Shown here in pieces: positions 55,269-64,000 of a stretch of DNA of 64,000 bases. A program made the translations under genes and the position numbers. The DNA lies in IMG/VR virus record IMGVR_UViG_3300045988_137040; one strand, 5' to 3'. Under the pieces are notes generated by a model, which did no database searches, had not been told where the DNA came from, and saw nothing but the letters and a program-made list of their open reading frames with translations. This DNA comes from a virus. Numbering within the stretch: position 1 is the first letter of the stretch; the number at the start of each line of letters is the position of its first letter.

Positions 55269-55306
55269 CGTATAAGCCCTATCGCAGTACGGATAAGCGA
55301 GCATGT

Positions 55307-55504
55307 ATGAGTATTATGGATTTTATGTTTCAGACTTTGATTATAGTAGCGATGCTAGTAATCATCAACAGCACTTTCATTGCATACCTATACTATTCTT
55401 ACGAGTATAAGAAGGTCGATAAGTACTTCTTAGCTTGGGTAACGGTGTCAACTATGATGTTGACAATGTGGTTCGGAGTAGGATTGTACGTGTATCTACA
55501 ATAA
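55307..55504 (+). CDS. small 2-TM membrane protein (65 aa)
   Basis: Start set at the internal ATG (MSIMDFMFQTLIIVAMLVII...). Confidence 0.4.
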   Translation: MSIMDFMFQTLIIVAMLVIINSTFIAYLYYSYEYKKVDKYFLAWVTVSTMMLTMWFGVGLYVYLQ

Positions 55505-55527
55505 CAAGTTCGACAACTGGTGGACGT

Positions 55528-55593
55528 GTTAACAAAAACGTTTTTTTTTAACATGAGCCATGCAATGTGTTAACTAATTCCCATTTTGTTAAC
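55528..55593. promoter_or_regulatory. cluster of GTTAAC palindromes (operator candidates)
   Basis: tGTTAACa at 55528, a partial ttaaca at about 55548, tGTTAACt at 55569 and tGTTAACt at 55588. All lie in the intergenic region upstream of 55737. Confidence 0.35.
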
Positions 55594-55736
55594 TTGACAG
55601 AACCTCCTATCATCTTAAAACACTGATAATCAACGAGAAATAAAAAGTGTGAGCGAGTTGCGGCCTTTATGGTGGTAACTCGCTAATTTTGTGGGCGTAA
55701 CGTTACTTAATGTTTAACCTCTAAAAGATTATCGTT

Positions 55737-56501
55737 ATGGAGATGACAGACGCAAAAGTCGTGGAGAAGAAAATCTACGAGGAAGGAAAAGAGAAGAAGG
55801 AGTACGCGAGCAAGGGTATTGCCGGCACTGGCTTAGGTCTCGGCATAGCCGGCACGGCACTCGGCCTTGGCGCATGGTTGCTCGGAAGTCGCAGTCCATT
55901 CGGTTCGCTCGGTGGAGGCAATATGCCCGACAACGTGAACATCAACGCAAACGGCGTTGGCGCAGGCTCAAATCAGCCATCCGCATTGCAAGTGCTGGAG
56001 AAAGAGAACGCCGATGAGGTGGCTCTCCTGGAGAAGATGTATGGCCTGAAACTCGACACAGCCAACAAGTTCTATGCCATGCGCGAGACTGACGTGGCAG
56101 AGAAGTTCGGTCTGTTCAAAGGCAGCGTGGAAGCTTTGAACGCGGAGAACCGTCGTGCCGAGCGCGCAGAGTTCGGTCTTTACAAGTCGCAAATTGAAGG
56201 CGACTTCGGTCTCTATAAGGCAGGCCGAGACCAGTACGACGCAGCCAACGCAAAGATTTCGGCGCTCGAAACAAAGATTGCCGTTTTGGAAGCTACGGCT
56301 CCTTACAAGGAGAAGATTATCATGCAAGCCATCGAGATGATGGGTGAGCGTGGCGTGAACTACACTGACAGGAAGACTTGCCGCTGCATCTATGGTGTAG
56401 TAGGCTTACCTTCTACTCCCACCACTACCGTTTTGGAGGGTGCAAGCCCTTTCGGTTGCAACTGCGCACGCAACACTACGACTCCTACAACAGGAGCGTA
56501 G
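55737..56501 (+). CDS. hypothetical glycine-zipper membrane / coiled-coil protein (254 aa)
   Basis: GIAGTGLGLGIAGTALGLGAWLLG segment, three FGL(F/Y)K repeats, and a Cys-rich, Thr/Pro-rich C-terminus. Confidence 0.5.
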   Translation: MEMTDAKVVEKKIYEEGKEKKEYASKGIAGTGLGLGIAGTALGLGAWLLGSRSPFGSLGGGNMPDNVNINANGVGAGSNQPSALQVLEKENADEVALLEKMYGLKLDTANKFYAMRETDVAEKFGLFKGSVEALNAENRRAERAEFGLYKSQIEGDFGLYKAGRDQYDAANAKISALETKIAVLEATAPYKEKIIMQAIEMMGERGVNYTDRKTCRCIYGVVGLPSTPTTTVLEGASPFGCNCARNTTTPTTGA

Positions 56502-56639
56502 CGACGCGTAAGGTCGCAAAGACCAAGAAGAAATGAGTTGGTGAGGGGTGTTCGCCCTCGTTGGCGGATGCCCTCTCACCACTCTCGCCTCTCACACAAA
56601 AACTTATCACCAACTTATCACCAACTTAAAAGACTTATA

Positions 56640-57131
56640 ATGATGAATTTCGGGAGCAGTCCATTGTTGGACTACAATCAACAAGCGCAGCCATCACAGC
56701 AAATAGACGGAGAACTACAAAAGCTGATGGAAGCCATAAACCAAAAACGAGCTTGCATCAACATGCAAGTCAATCAATCAAAGACACCTCTCTGGGACGA
56801 GATAGACAAGATAGAAGACAGCCTTACAGGAGCGCAACGACAATACTTGATGCAGAATCAGGAATATGCGGAAAGCTTGCAATACGTGACCAAGCTCATA
56901 CAGGACGAGGAATTGCGTATCATTCGCCCACGCATAGAGGCTACGCAACAAGGACAAGAGGCGTTGAAACGACACTTATCCTTGATGCAACACTTGAAGA
57001 AGGAGGCAACACAGGTAGAGGAACAGAAGAACGCTCTGCGTGACGAGTACTTCGAGCATTATGCCGACAAGATGAATTATGCCGAGTTTATCTCGATGAA
57101 GCAAGGCAAGAAAGGAGGAGCCAAGAAATGA
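56640..57131 (+). CDS. hypothetical coiled-coil protein (about 163 aa)
   Basis: Start set at the ATG at 56640. Gln- and Glu-rich helical sequence. Confidence 0.5.
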   Translation: MMNFGSSPLLDYNQQAQPSQQIDGELQKLMEAINQKRACINMQVNQSKTPLWDEIDKIEDSLTGAQRQYLMQNQEYAESLQYVTKLIQDEELRIIRPRIEATQQGQEALKRHLSLMQHLKKEATQVEEQKNALRDEYFEHYADKMNYAEFISMKQGKKGGAKK

Positions 57132-57559
57132 AGATAGACGACCTGAAAGATAAGCTGCTCACATCAATAGACCTATGGGCAGACGCGAGAATAGACGACA
57201 TGGTTAAGGGCAGTCCGATGTTGGCTATTCCGTCGGTTTACATGAAGCGAGCCGCGCACAACATGATAGCAAGGAAAAAGGACGCTTGGGGCAAGCAGCT
57301 GGACACTGCCTCCCTGTTCGTAGCAGACGAGAACGGCGAGATAAATGCGGACACCATCTTTGAGGACTTGACGCAGATGTTGAAGTCGATAGAGGACTAT
57401 CACTTTGATCTTGGCATCCTGCATGGCCACATTGACAATGGTACGATATTTATTGACTTGCCAGATAACATAGTCACAACATTGCTGTTTGGCAGCAAGA
57501 AGAGTATTGGGATAGGAGAGAGCGACCTTGCGGAGCTGAAAAACCTTATCGTGAGCTAA
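57128..57559 (+). CDS. hypothetical protein (143 aa)
   Basis: ATGA start/stop overlap with the upstream gene. Confidence 0.5.
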   Translation: MKIDDLKDKLLTSIDLWADARIDDMVKGSPMLAIPSVYMKRAAHNMIARKKDAWGKQLDTASLFVADENGEINADTIFEDLTQMLKSIEDYHFDLGILHGHIDNGTIFIDLPDNIVTTLLFGSKKSIGIGESDLAELKNLIVS

Positions 57560-57595
57560 GTTGCCGTAACCCTTGGCTTGGCGATAGCGAGGTCT

Positions 57596-58315
57596 TTACT
57601 CACTCTTTTGCGCATCAGGTCGCTCGTCTGCGGCGATACCGATGTGGTCAATGCCTATATGAGAGCTCTGCACGTTCTGAATGTTTACGTTCACACGCTT
57701 GGTAAGCTCCTCTTGACGATGCAATAATGTCGTGAACCTTTGCTTGAGGTCAGCAATATCGTGCTCGAGTGCATCCACCCTGTGCTGTAACTCTGCATAG
57801 GAAGGTATGGCGCCACGTCTTTTCGTCTTGCCTACGGGCCGGTTAGGGTCATTTAGAAACATGAAAGGAGAAAGGTTGAAAGCGTTGCAAGCCGTGAAGA
57901 AGTCGGTTACCTTGAATCGGGTTCGCAAAGCAAAACGCTCATGCGGCTTTTGTAAGCTGACGTTCATCGCCCCGGCCACATCTTTCCACTTAATGCGCCC
58001 TTCGCCATCTCCAAAAGTTTGCTCTACGACTTTTTTGTTCCAAGAGATTTCATGCCACTCGTTTTGAGGAATAGTAGCACTTTCTCGGTTAGGTATCACG
58101 AAATTGTTGTCTTCCGACACGAAATAATAGGCTGGCAAACGTAAAGCGTTGCAGAGTTTAAGAAGTACTTGGATAGTTACAACACTTTCGTTTGTTATGT
58201 AACGGCTCAGTACATTCTGTCGCAGTCCACAACGCCTTGCCATCTCAGTGACAGTGATGTCCAATACGTTGGGTAACTGGCAAAAAAGCGGCATGTTAAA
58301 GCTCCATTTGTTCAT
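57596..58315 (-). CDS. XRE-family HTH regulator (239 aa), CI-like repressor candidate
   Basis: N-terminal TEMARRCGLRQNVLSRYITNESVVTIQVLLKLCNALRLPAYYF. Divergent from a Cro-like operon. Confidence 0.6.
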   Translation of the reverse strand: MNKWSFNMPLFCQLPNVLDITVTEMARRCGLRQNVLSRYITNESVVTIQVLLKLCNALRLPAYYFVSEDNNFVIPNRESATIPQNEWHEISWNKKVVEQTFGDGEGRIKWKDVAGAMNVSLQKPHERFALRTRFKVTDFFTACNAFNLSPFMFLNDPNRPVGKTKRRGAIPSYAELQHRVDALEHDIADLKQRFTTLLHRQEELTKRVNVNIQNVQSSHIGIDHIGIAADERPDAQKSE

Positions 58316-58384
58316 ATTATGTCAAATCTATGGGTATATTTGTACAATTTTTATATGATATTGGATAAATTATATCATAAAAAG

Positions 58385-58426
58385 TTTGCGTATTCACGAA
58401 ATTGTTATATCTTTGCCACAAAGATA
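58385..58426. promoter_or_regulatory. divergent switch region: plus-strand promoter TTTG - 19 nt - TAtcTTTG, overlapping the palindrome TATCTTTGCCACAAAGATA
   Basis: TTTG at 58385-58388 and TAtcTTTG at 58408-58415. The palindrome's other half (CAAAGATA, 58419-58426) is a minus-strand TAtcTTTG box. A further CAAATCTA lies at 58324-58331, next to the repressor ATG. Confidence 0.55.
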
Positions 58427-58441
58427 CAACAATTCTGTGAG

Positions 58442-58783
58442 ATGAGCAATCGATTATACAAATCAATCGCGCGGTACTTTTATCGTCTCGGTCTCGCCAT
58501 CGTCGGTAAGGACTACATATATAGCAATGTGTATGTAGCACTGAACGAAAGCGTGGAGAAAGCTGAGTCTGATTTGAAGCAGTTGAAGGAAATGTACAAT
58601 GCTGTTCTTGACAAATGGAGTACGGATGCAAGTCTCGTGAAAAGGCTTGCTGAAGAAAGTACGCGATTACACACTGAAGTTAACAGCTATAAGCAACTTG
58701 TTGAGACCCTCCGCGGTAGCATCCGTGATAAGCAGTCGTTGATAGATGCCTATGCCAAGATGGAGAGAAAAAAAGAACGATGA
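58442..58783 (+). CDS. hypothetical coiled-coil protein (113 aa)
   Basis: Start set at the ATG at 58442, downstream of the promoter. First gene of the rightward operon. Confidence 0.45.
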   Translation: MSNRLYKSIARYFYRLGLAIVGKDYIYSNVYVALNESVEKAESDLKQLKEMYNAVLDKWSTDASLVKRLAEESTRLHTEVNSYKQLVETLRGSIRDKQSLIDAYAKMERKKER

Positions 58784-59068
58784 ATGGATATTGGTCAAGC
58801 TATAAGGACGCTTCGACAGAAGCAAAACATGACACAAGGCGATCTGGCTTCACGTATCGGAATGAGCGTGAATGCGGTGAGCTCGTGGGAGGTCGGCAAG
58901 AGTAATCCTCCTAAAGAAAGTATCAAGTTGATATGCGATGCCTTTCATGTGCCAGTGTCGTATCTTCTGCTTTCGACTGTTGAGGAAAAAGACTTTCCTG
59001 AAAACAAGCGTCTGCTTTATCGTGTTCTTTTAGAGTCGCTGAAAAACGAATTGTTAAGTAAGGCATGA
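58784..59068 (+). CDS. XRE-family HTH regulator (94 aa), Cro-like
   Basis: IRTLRQKQNMTQGDLASRIGMSVNAVSSWEVGKSNP is a classic HTH_3 motif. Confidence 0.75.
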   Translation: MDIGQAIRTLRQKQNMTQGDLASRIGMSVNAVSSWEVGKSNPPKESIKLICDAFHVPVSYLLLSTVEEKDFPENKRLLYRVLLESLKNELLSKA

Positions 59069-62000
59069 GAAAGGATAGCCTACATATACTTAGGAACATT
59101 TCGCTCGTGGAGGTGATGCGTGCCAATGGTCATGAGCCTGTGCGTTTGCCGAAGGGCAACGGGCGGGTGTGGTACCTCTGCCCGTTCCATGATGAGCATG
59201 AAGCCTCCTTTGCCGTGGAGCAGCATGCCAAGGATGGAGCGGATGCTCCAGGATGGGGATGCTTCGGATGTGGGCGCAAAGGCTATGGTGCCGTGGCACT
59301 GCAAGCCGCGTTGATGGGATTCGACTATACAGCTCTCAACGCACAGCAGATGCGCGAGGTTTGTCAACGCCTCGTGGATGATCATGACATAGAACTTCCC
59401 GATGTGAAGTCTACGGAGGAGAGTAAGCGCACTGAAGCTATTGCGCCACAAGATTGTGAGTTTGAACTCGCGCCGTGGACGGTGCAACATCTCAATTCTC
59501 TCGGTTTCGCTACCAAGCTTGCTACCGAGCAGCAAGGCGACGAACTCATTGTTAAGTGCAATGCGACCGACGGCAACGAGGAAGTTGAACCTCTTTACCT
59601 CTGTTCTCTTGACCGTGAATTTTGGTGGGGCGGGGGAGAGGTCCATACGGCAAAAGAGTGGGGCAATATACTTGAAAAAACATTTAACGTGTTCCCAGTG
59701 TCAACGTTTATCACAGACCCCGTAACCGTTACGAATGGAGCAGGGAAGGTGTCGCTGAAGATTTCGTCGAGAACGACTTACCCCATCTTTGTTTTCCCAT
59801 ATAAATGGGGCAAGAAAAAGTATGAGCCGAGAGGCAACAGGGCTCACAAATGGTATTGGAGCCGCAGTCAAGGTGTCGCCACGAAAGTTTATGGAGATAG
59901 CACAGCCGTGGCTGCTATGGAATGGGCAGCGCGCTCGAAAGACGAAAGCTCTATGCCTGTGGAGCCGTGGTTTGCTGATTCACTGAAGGACCGCCGTCAT
60001 CCTGTCGTTGTCACGCTGCGTGACGCGGACAAGAATCCGATTAAGGCGAAAATGAAAGAGCTTGTCCTTTGCTCGGGCCCAAGAGACGCAATGCAAATGT
60101 GGGCGGCCACTGACGCTCATGTGCTATGGCTTCATAATGAATTGGCTGGTATCAAGGACGGAGTGTTGGAAGGCTGGCTGAAGGTACTCTTAGTGAGGAT
60201 GTCTTTTGTGGCCGTGGAAGTCTATGTATGTTACGACCGTGACAATACGGGGGAAGCCTGCTCGTCTGCCATCGCGTTGGAAAACGCAAACGTGCGTTGG
60301 CTGCGCCTTCCGAAAGAAATGACTGAAGTGACATTGCCAGGCAAAGACAAGAACGACGTGAGACGGCTGAAGGACGTGACCGATTTCGTCACGCGCTTTA
60401 ACCAGATTCAAAAGCGTTTTGCCCCCGACACACGAAAAAACAACCCCTCAGAAGCGTTGATGCGGTTGCTTAAAAACTCGCTGACGATGCAGTTCTGGAT
60501 AGACAAACCGACAACGAAGAAAGACAAAGACGGGACGCGAGAAACGAATGTGCGTTATGTGTTGAGTGTGGCCAACCTCCTGCAGTTCCTTAGCGCCAAG
60601 GGAATCCGAAGCACTCAGGACGAGCACGGGCAGCGGGCGTTCTACCAGCTCTCGTTCAACAACACTTACCGCTATCTTGACACGTCGAGGGCGGGCAGTC
60701 AGTTGGAGAGCGTATGCCGTACCGCCATGCTCAACTGGATAGACGCGCATATCACTGACGAGGACGCACCCTACAAGGCCAACCTCGTGAACACCATCTT
60801 CACGGGCAAGGGCCTCGACCCACGCACGATGAACACCATGCCACCAACCAAAATTAACGAGCACTCATGGGGAGAGGACTTCGACCATTTCTTCTTTGCC
60901 AACTGTGCCGTGAGGGTTGACAAGGACAGCATTAGGGCGGTGCCCTACACCCAACTGCCGTATGTGACGAATGAAGAATGTATCCTGCCTGGTGACTACT
61001 CCTACATTAAACAACCGTGGCGCATCATCATCCACCCAAAATACGAGATGGAGAAGAAACGCCACGAAGACATAAGCAAGGATTGTAACACTCCAACCAT
61101 GCGTGCCGCCGAGAACAGGCGATGGACACAATGGGAACAGCTTTGGAAATACAAGCTTGTCATGGACAAGCCACTTGTAGAGATGCCGCTACATTTCCGA
61201 TTCCTCTACAATCTTGGAAGAATATTCTGGGAGAAGGAAAGCTATGGAGAGAAACTGACGGAGACGGAGAAACAAATGCAGGATATGCATTTCATAAACA
61301 AGGTCCATGCTATCGGCTATGCCATAACACGGTATCGCAGTCGTGCCCGTCAGCAGATTGTACACTTCACCGACTATGCTGTCAGTGATGAGCAGAAGGC
61401 AAGCGGGCGAAACGGTAAGAGCGCGGTCATAGATATGTTAGCTTCAGTTAGGCCATCCTCGGCAAACGTGGCAGGAAAAAGTATCAACGGCAATAATATC
61501 ACTTTGAGCATTATGCTGGGCGACGTGATAGCCGGAGTACATAGCCTGGTCTGTATCGACGAACTTCCTGACGGATTCAAGGCCGAGGAACTATACAACG
61601 CCCCTGTATCGCTTGTCTGCAAGACGCTCTACAAGCAACCCGTGACCCTCCGGGGCGACGACGTGCCCAAGCTCTTTATCGCAAGCAACAAGCCCTTCGA
61701 CCGATCCAGCGGTTCGACGAAAGGACGTATTTATCCTTGCTTCACGAGCGACTACTATCATGCCGCCACCGACGACGGACGTTGGTTGGACTTCTCGCCC
61801 AAGGATGAGTTCATGGAGCAGTACGGCGTGCAGGAGGTGGCCAACGGCCTCTCAGACGAGTTGCTGAATGAAGAGCGCAACATGTTATTGGCTTGTGCCC
61901 AGTTCTTCTTCCAGCACCCTACCGACACCATTCTACCGCCTGCGGAGAGCCGCTCGTTGCGACGCGAACTGTACGCGATGACGAAAGATTCAGGTCTAAC

Positions 62001-62499
62001 AGATTGGTTGCTCTCCTATTTTGAGGACACGCCCGACAATATGCACTTTGGTCAGCCTATACCTCCTGTCGAAATGGCGATTTCGTTGCTTGACTCAGAG
62101 AGTGACAACGTAACAGCTATAACGATAGAGAAAGCGAAGAAGCGCATCATGAAATACTTGAAGCCCTGTTTGAACAGGATGGGTGTTGTCATGGATCCTG
62201 ATGTAGTGCTGAACACAGCCTCATATCGCAGGCATGGCGGTCGTCACATGAGAGCCTGGTTGACGCAGCTCGATGCCGAGGGCAAGCCGATAGAGAAGAA
62301 GGTGAAAAACAAATACAGGCAAGAAGTAAGTACTGGTGAACGTGTGCCGCGTGAATTAAGCTCGCACGTCTTCGTTCATTACTTCTATCACAACCGTCCT
62401 GGTGGTGTGCCAACAAAGCCTTACGAGACTGGGCATGAAGGCGACATCAACCATGTACAGGGCGCGCTGAAAGACGACCCCGAAGGAAATGAAAAATAA
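59065..62499 (+). CDS. DNA primase (CHC2 zinc finger plus Toprim) fused to a P-loop SF3/D5-like helicase domain (1144 aa)
   Basis: CPFHDEHEASFAV...CFGCGRKG zinc finger. Toprim-like LCSGPRDAM and CYDRDNTGE. Walker A-like SGRNGKSA and Walker B-like LVCIDELPD in the C-terminal half. Confidence 0.75.
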   Translation: MRKDSLHILRNISLVEVMRANGHEPVRLPKGNGRVWYLCPFHDEHEASFAVEQHAKDGADAPGWGCFGCGRKGYGAVALQAALMGFDYTALNAQQMREVCQRLVDDHDIELPDVKSTEESKRTEAIAPQDCEFELAPWTVQHLNSLGFATKLATEQQGDELIVKCNATDGNEEVEPLYLCSLDREFWWGGGEVHTAKEWGNILEKTFNVFPVSTFITDPVTVTNGAGKVSLKISSRTTYPIFVFPYKWGKKKYEPRGNRAHKWYWSRSQGVATKVYGDSTAVAAMEWAARSKDESSMPVEPWFADSLKDRRHPVVVTLRDADKNPIKAKMKELVLCSGPRDAMQMWAATDAHVLWLHNELAGIKDGVLEGWLKVLLVRMSFVAVEVYVCYDRDNTGEACSSAIALENANVRWLRLPKEMTEVTLPGKDKNDVRRLKDVTDFVTRFNQIQKRFAPDTRKNNPSEALMRLLKNSLTMQFWIDKPTTKKDKDGTRETNVRYVLSVANLLQFLSAKGIRSTQDEHGQRAFYQLSFNNTYRYLDTSRAGSQLESVCRTAMLNWIDAHITDEDAPYKANLVNTIFTGKGLDPRTMNTMPPTKINEHSWGEDFDHFFFANCAVRVDKDSIRAVPYTQLPYVTNEECILPGDYSYIKQPWRIIIHPKYEMEKKRHEDISKDCNTPTMRAAENRRWTQWEQLWKYKLVMDKPLVEMPLHFRFLYNLGRIFWEKESYGEKLTETEKQMQDMHFINKVHAIGYAITRYRSRARQQIVHFTDYAVSDEQKASGRNGKSAVIDMLASVRPSSANVAGKSINGNNITLSIMLGDVIAGVHSLVCIDELPDGFKAEELYNAPVSLVCKTLYKQPVTLRGDDVPKLFIASNKPFDRSSGSTKGRIYPCFTSDYYHAATDDGRWLDFSPKDEFMEQYGVQEVANGLSDELLNEERNMLLACAQFFFQHPTDTILPPAESRSLRRELYAMTKDSGLTDWLLSYFEDTPDNMHFGQPIPPVEMAISLLDSESDNVTAITIEKAKKRIMKYLKPCLNRMGVVMDPDVVLNTASYRRHGGRHMRAWLTQLDAEGKPIEKKVKNKYRQEVSTGERVPRELSSHVFVHYFYHNRPGGVPTKPYETGHEGDINHVQGALKDDPEGNEK

Positions 62500-62512
62500 A
62501 TAATTAAACAAT

Positions 62513-62971
62513 ATGGTCAACAAGCAAAATGGAAAAGTACTTATCGTGAAACGCTCCTGCCTAACGGATAGGATTGTGTGGGTATATCACGGCACAAGTG
62601 AGGAAGCCGCGCGCAAAGCATATTGGAGAGCATGCAAAAAAGAAATTTTCCGCATTCGGAACTGGATGAATAAAATGATTCGCAGACGCAATCGGTTGCT
62701 GAGCATCATCACACATGGCGACAATAGTTCTGCGAGCAGTTCTGCCTTTAAGCTTACGCCCCCCGAAAAGCGAAAGTCAGCTCGCAAAATCATACAGCTC
62801 GCCAAGGATGAGCCACAACCCGACCGTGAGTTTTACGACCACATTATAGAGGAAAGCAGACGTCGCAACTGGGCCTCTGACAGATGGAAAGACAATCGCA
62901 TGAAGATGATAAAGTATGGTCAGACGCATGTCGCAAGTGAATATCAAGCAAAGGGAAAGAAAAATAAATAG
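62513..62971 (+). CDS. hypothetical basic protein (152 aa)
   Basis: ORF 13 nt downstream of the primase-helicase gene. Confidence 0.5.
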   Translation: MVNKQNGKVLIVKRSCLTDRIVWVYHGTSEEAARKAYWRACKKEIFRIRNWMNKMIRRRNRLLSIITHGDNSSASSSAFKLTPPEKRKSARKIIQLAKDEPQPDREFYDHIIEESRRRNWASDRWKDNRMKMIKYGQTHVASEYQAKGKKNK

Positions 62972-63018
62972 TGCAACCCGGCCAAACCCCAATGCGGTTC
63001 TTGAATATTACGCCAATT

Positions 63019-64000
63019 ATGATAAATACACGAAAAAGATTTCCTCCTCTGCCGGCATCTTGGTCCTCTCTCACATGGCAGCAGCTGTCTGACATGTGGA
63101 CTCTGAAACTCCGCTACAGTGAGGCCCCCGATGCCGCGCTATGCAAGGCATTGCTCAATCTCTTAGGACTGACCGTAACAGGACATGGAGAGGAAGATGG
63201 CAAGTCAGGAGAGACCACATACCTCTTCCGTGACGGTGGCGGACAAATGTGGACAGCTACTTCTCGAGAGATTGCCTATTATGCAAAAGAAGCGCTGAAG
63301 TGGTTTGAGTTCCCATACGGGGACTGTGGGCAGAGCGAGAAGAAAGACGAAAACGGCAACGTTATTCAGAAACGGCGCGACCCGCATATCGGTTTCGTTG
63401 GCAATCTTCGTGACGCTCTCTCGCTCCCAGTCGAAACAGTGGCTATCAGAGGCAAGGTTTTCGCCTTACCACAACTCGCCTGCAACAACCTTACATGGCA
63501 GCAATATCGCGCACTTCAAGCTATCACCCCCCAGTTGTGGCATGACGGTATCGGCGATGTTGAGATTGTTGACTTACAGGCGCAATTCATGGCCAACATT
63601 CTCGTACCTCGATCCGTGGCTCTCTTAGATAAGAGCGGTGATACTGTCCGACTACGCCCACACTTCACCTTCAAATATAATGTTGAACAGGCCGACAAGC
63701 TTGTCACGTATTGGGGGAAAAAGTTACAACGTGGAAGTATAAAGATTGTTGTGCTCTTCCACATCTGCCATCAGGCGTGGCAGACGGCTCTCCTGTATTA
63801 CTCGCGCGCCTATCCCCTACTCTTTGCCGAGACAGGCAAGGGTGACGCGATGAAAGACGCGCTACAAGGCGAGGTCGGGACAATAAACGCAATAATGAAA
63901 TATGCTGGCTACGCCGAGCAACAACAAGTCTACGATTCTAATCTTCCTTTTGTCTTAGACATCCTAAACACCATGACGAAAGAGGCAAAGGACATTGAAG
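63019..64000 (+). CDS. hypothetical protein, 3'-truncated by the window edge
   Basis: My own translation from the ATG at 63019 (MINTRKRFPPLPASWSSLTWQQLSDMW...) stays open to position 64000. It is absent from the ORF track because no stop lies in the window. Confidence 0.5.
   Translation, partial: MINTRKRFPPLPASWSSLTWQQLSDMWTLKLRYSEAPDAALCKALLNLLGLTVTGHGEEDGKSGETTYLFRDGGGQMWTATSREIAYYAKEALKWFEFPYGDCGQSEKKDENGNVIQKRRDPHIGFVGNLRDALSLPVETVAIRGKVFALPQLACNNLTWQQYRALQAITPQLWHDGIGDVEIVDLQAQFMANILVPRSVALLDKSGDTVRLRPHFTFKYNVEQADKLVTYWGKKLQRGSIKIVVLFHICHQAWQTALLYYSRAYPLLFAETGKGDAMKDALQGEVGTINAIMKYAGYAEQQQVYDSNLPFVLDILNTMTKEAKDIE

Noticed and set aside
1-64000. Integrase/recombinase, major capsid protein, rRNA or canonical tRNA genes
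   Set aside because: I looked for Tyr/Ser recombinase motifs, HK97-like capsid candidates and RNA genes on both strands and recognised none. They may lie outside the window or be too divergent to see by eye.

Overview
This window looks like most of a temperate tailed-phage genome from a Bacteroidota (Bacteroidales-like) host that also carries a complete plasmid-type maintenance module. The host call is an inference. It rests on start codons that lack Shine-Dalgarno motifs, several good matches to the Bacteroides promoter consensus (TTTG, 19-20 nt, TAnnTTTG), and PcfJ/PcfK-type genes. GC content looks intermediate by eye; I did not compute it.

Layout, left to right:
1. 1-9.6 kb: a long minus-strand early operon with conjugative-element-style anti-restriction genes (ArdC-like, ArdA-like, PcfJ, PcfK), small membrane proteins and unusual structured intergenic repeats.
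2. 9.6-14 kb: two large non-coding regions, an HU-like gene and a DUF1599 gene.
3. 14.6-19.4 kb: minus-strand terminase block.
4. 19.5-24.4 kb: ParA, a small putative centromere-binding protein, a lipoprotein moron, an eight-iteron origin, a Rep_3-type initiator and a DnaC-like ATPase.
5. 24.6-49.2 kb: one long minus-strand late block, in transcription order: 1642-aa fiber, chaperone, membrane/holin-like genes, leucine-rich-repeat (LRR) fiber, chaperone paralog, GH19 endolysin, membrane proteins, putative portal, two small genes, a 2983-aa tape measure protein, and a Stealth-family transferase.
6. 49.4-53.9 kb: two large plus-strand virion genes.
7. 54.4-64 kb: small genes, a divergent XRE-type switch, a 1144-aa primase-helicase fusion, and a partial ORF that runs off the window.

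No integrase, major capsid gene, canonical tRNA/rRNA, CRISPR array or reverse transcriptase is visible in the window.

Most interesting observations:
- The phage-plasmid architecture.
- Arrays of GGTT/AACC boxes in strict 8-bp register around parA, with dispersed copies between late genes and inside one CDS.
- A family of roughly 100-190-bp composite hairpin repeats.
- Three tRNA-like elements that lack a D-arm.
- A giant, internally repetitive tape measure protein with an overlapping Stealth gene.
- Duplicated receptor-binding-protein-plus-chaperone cassettes.

All homology statements come from motif recognition by eye, not from database searches.
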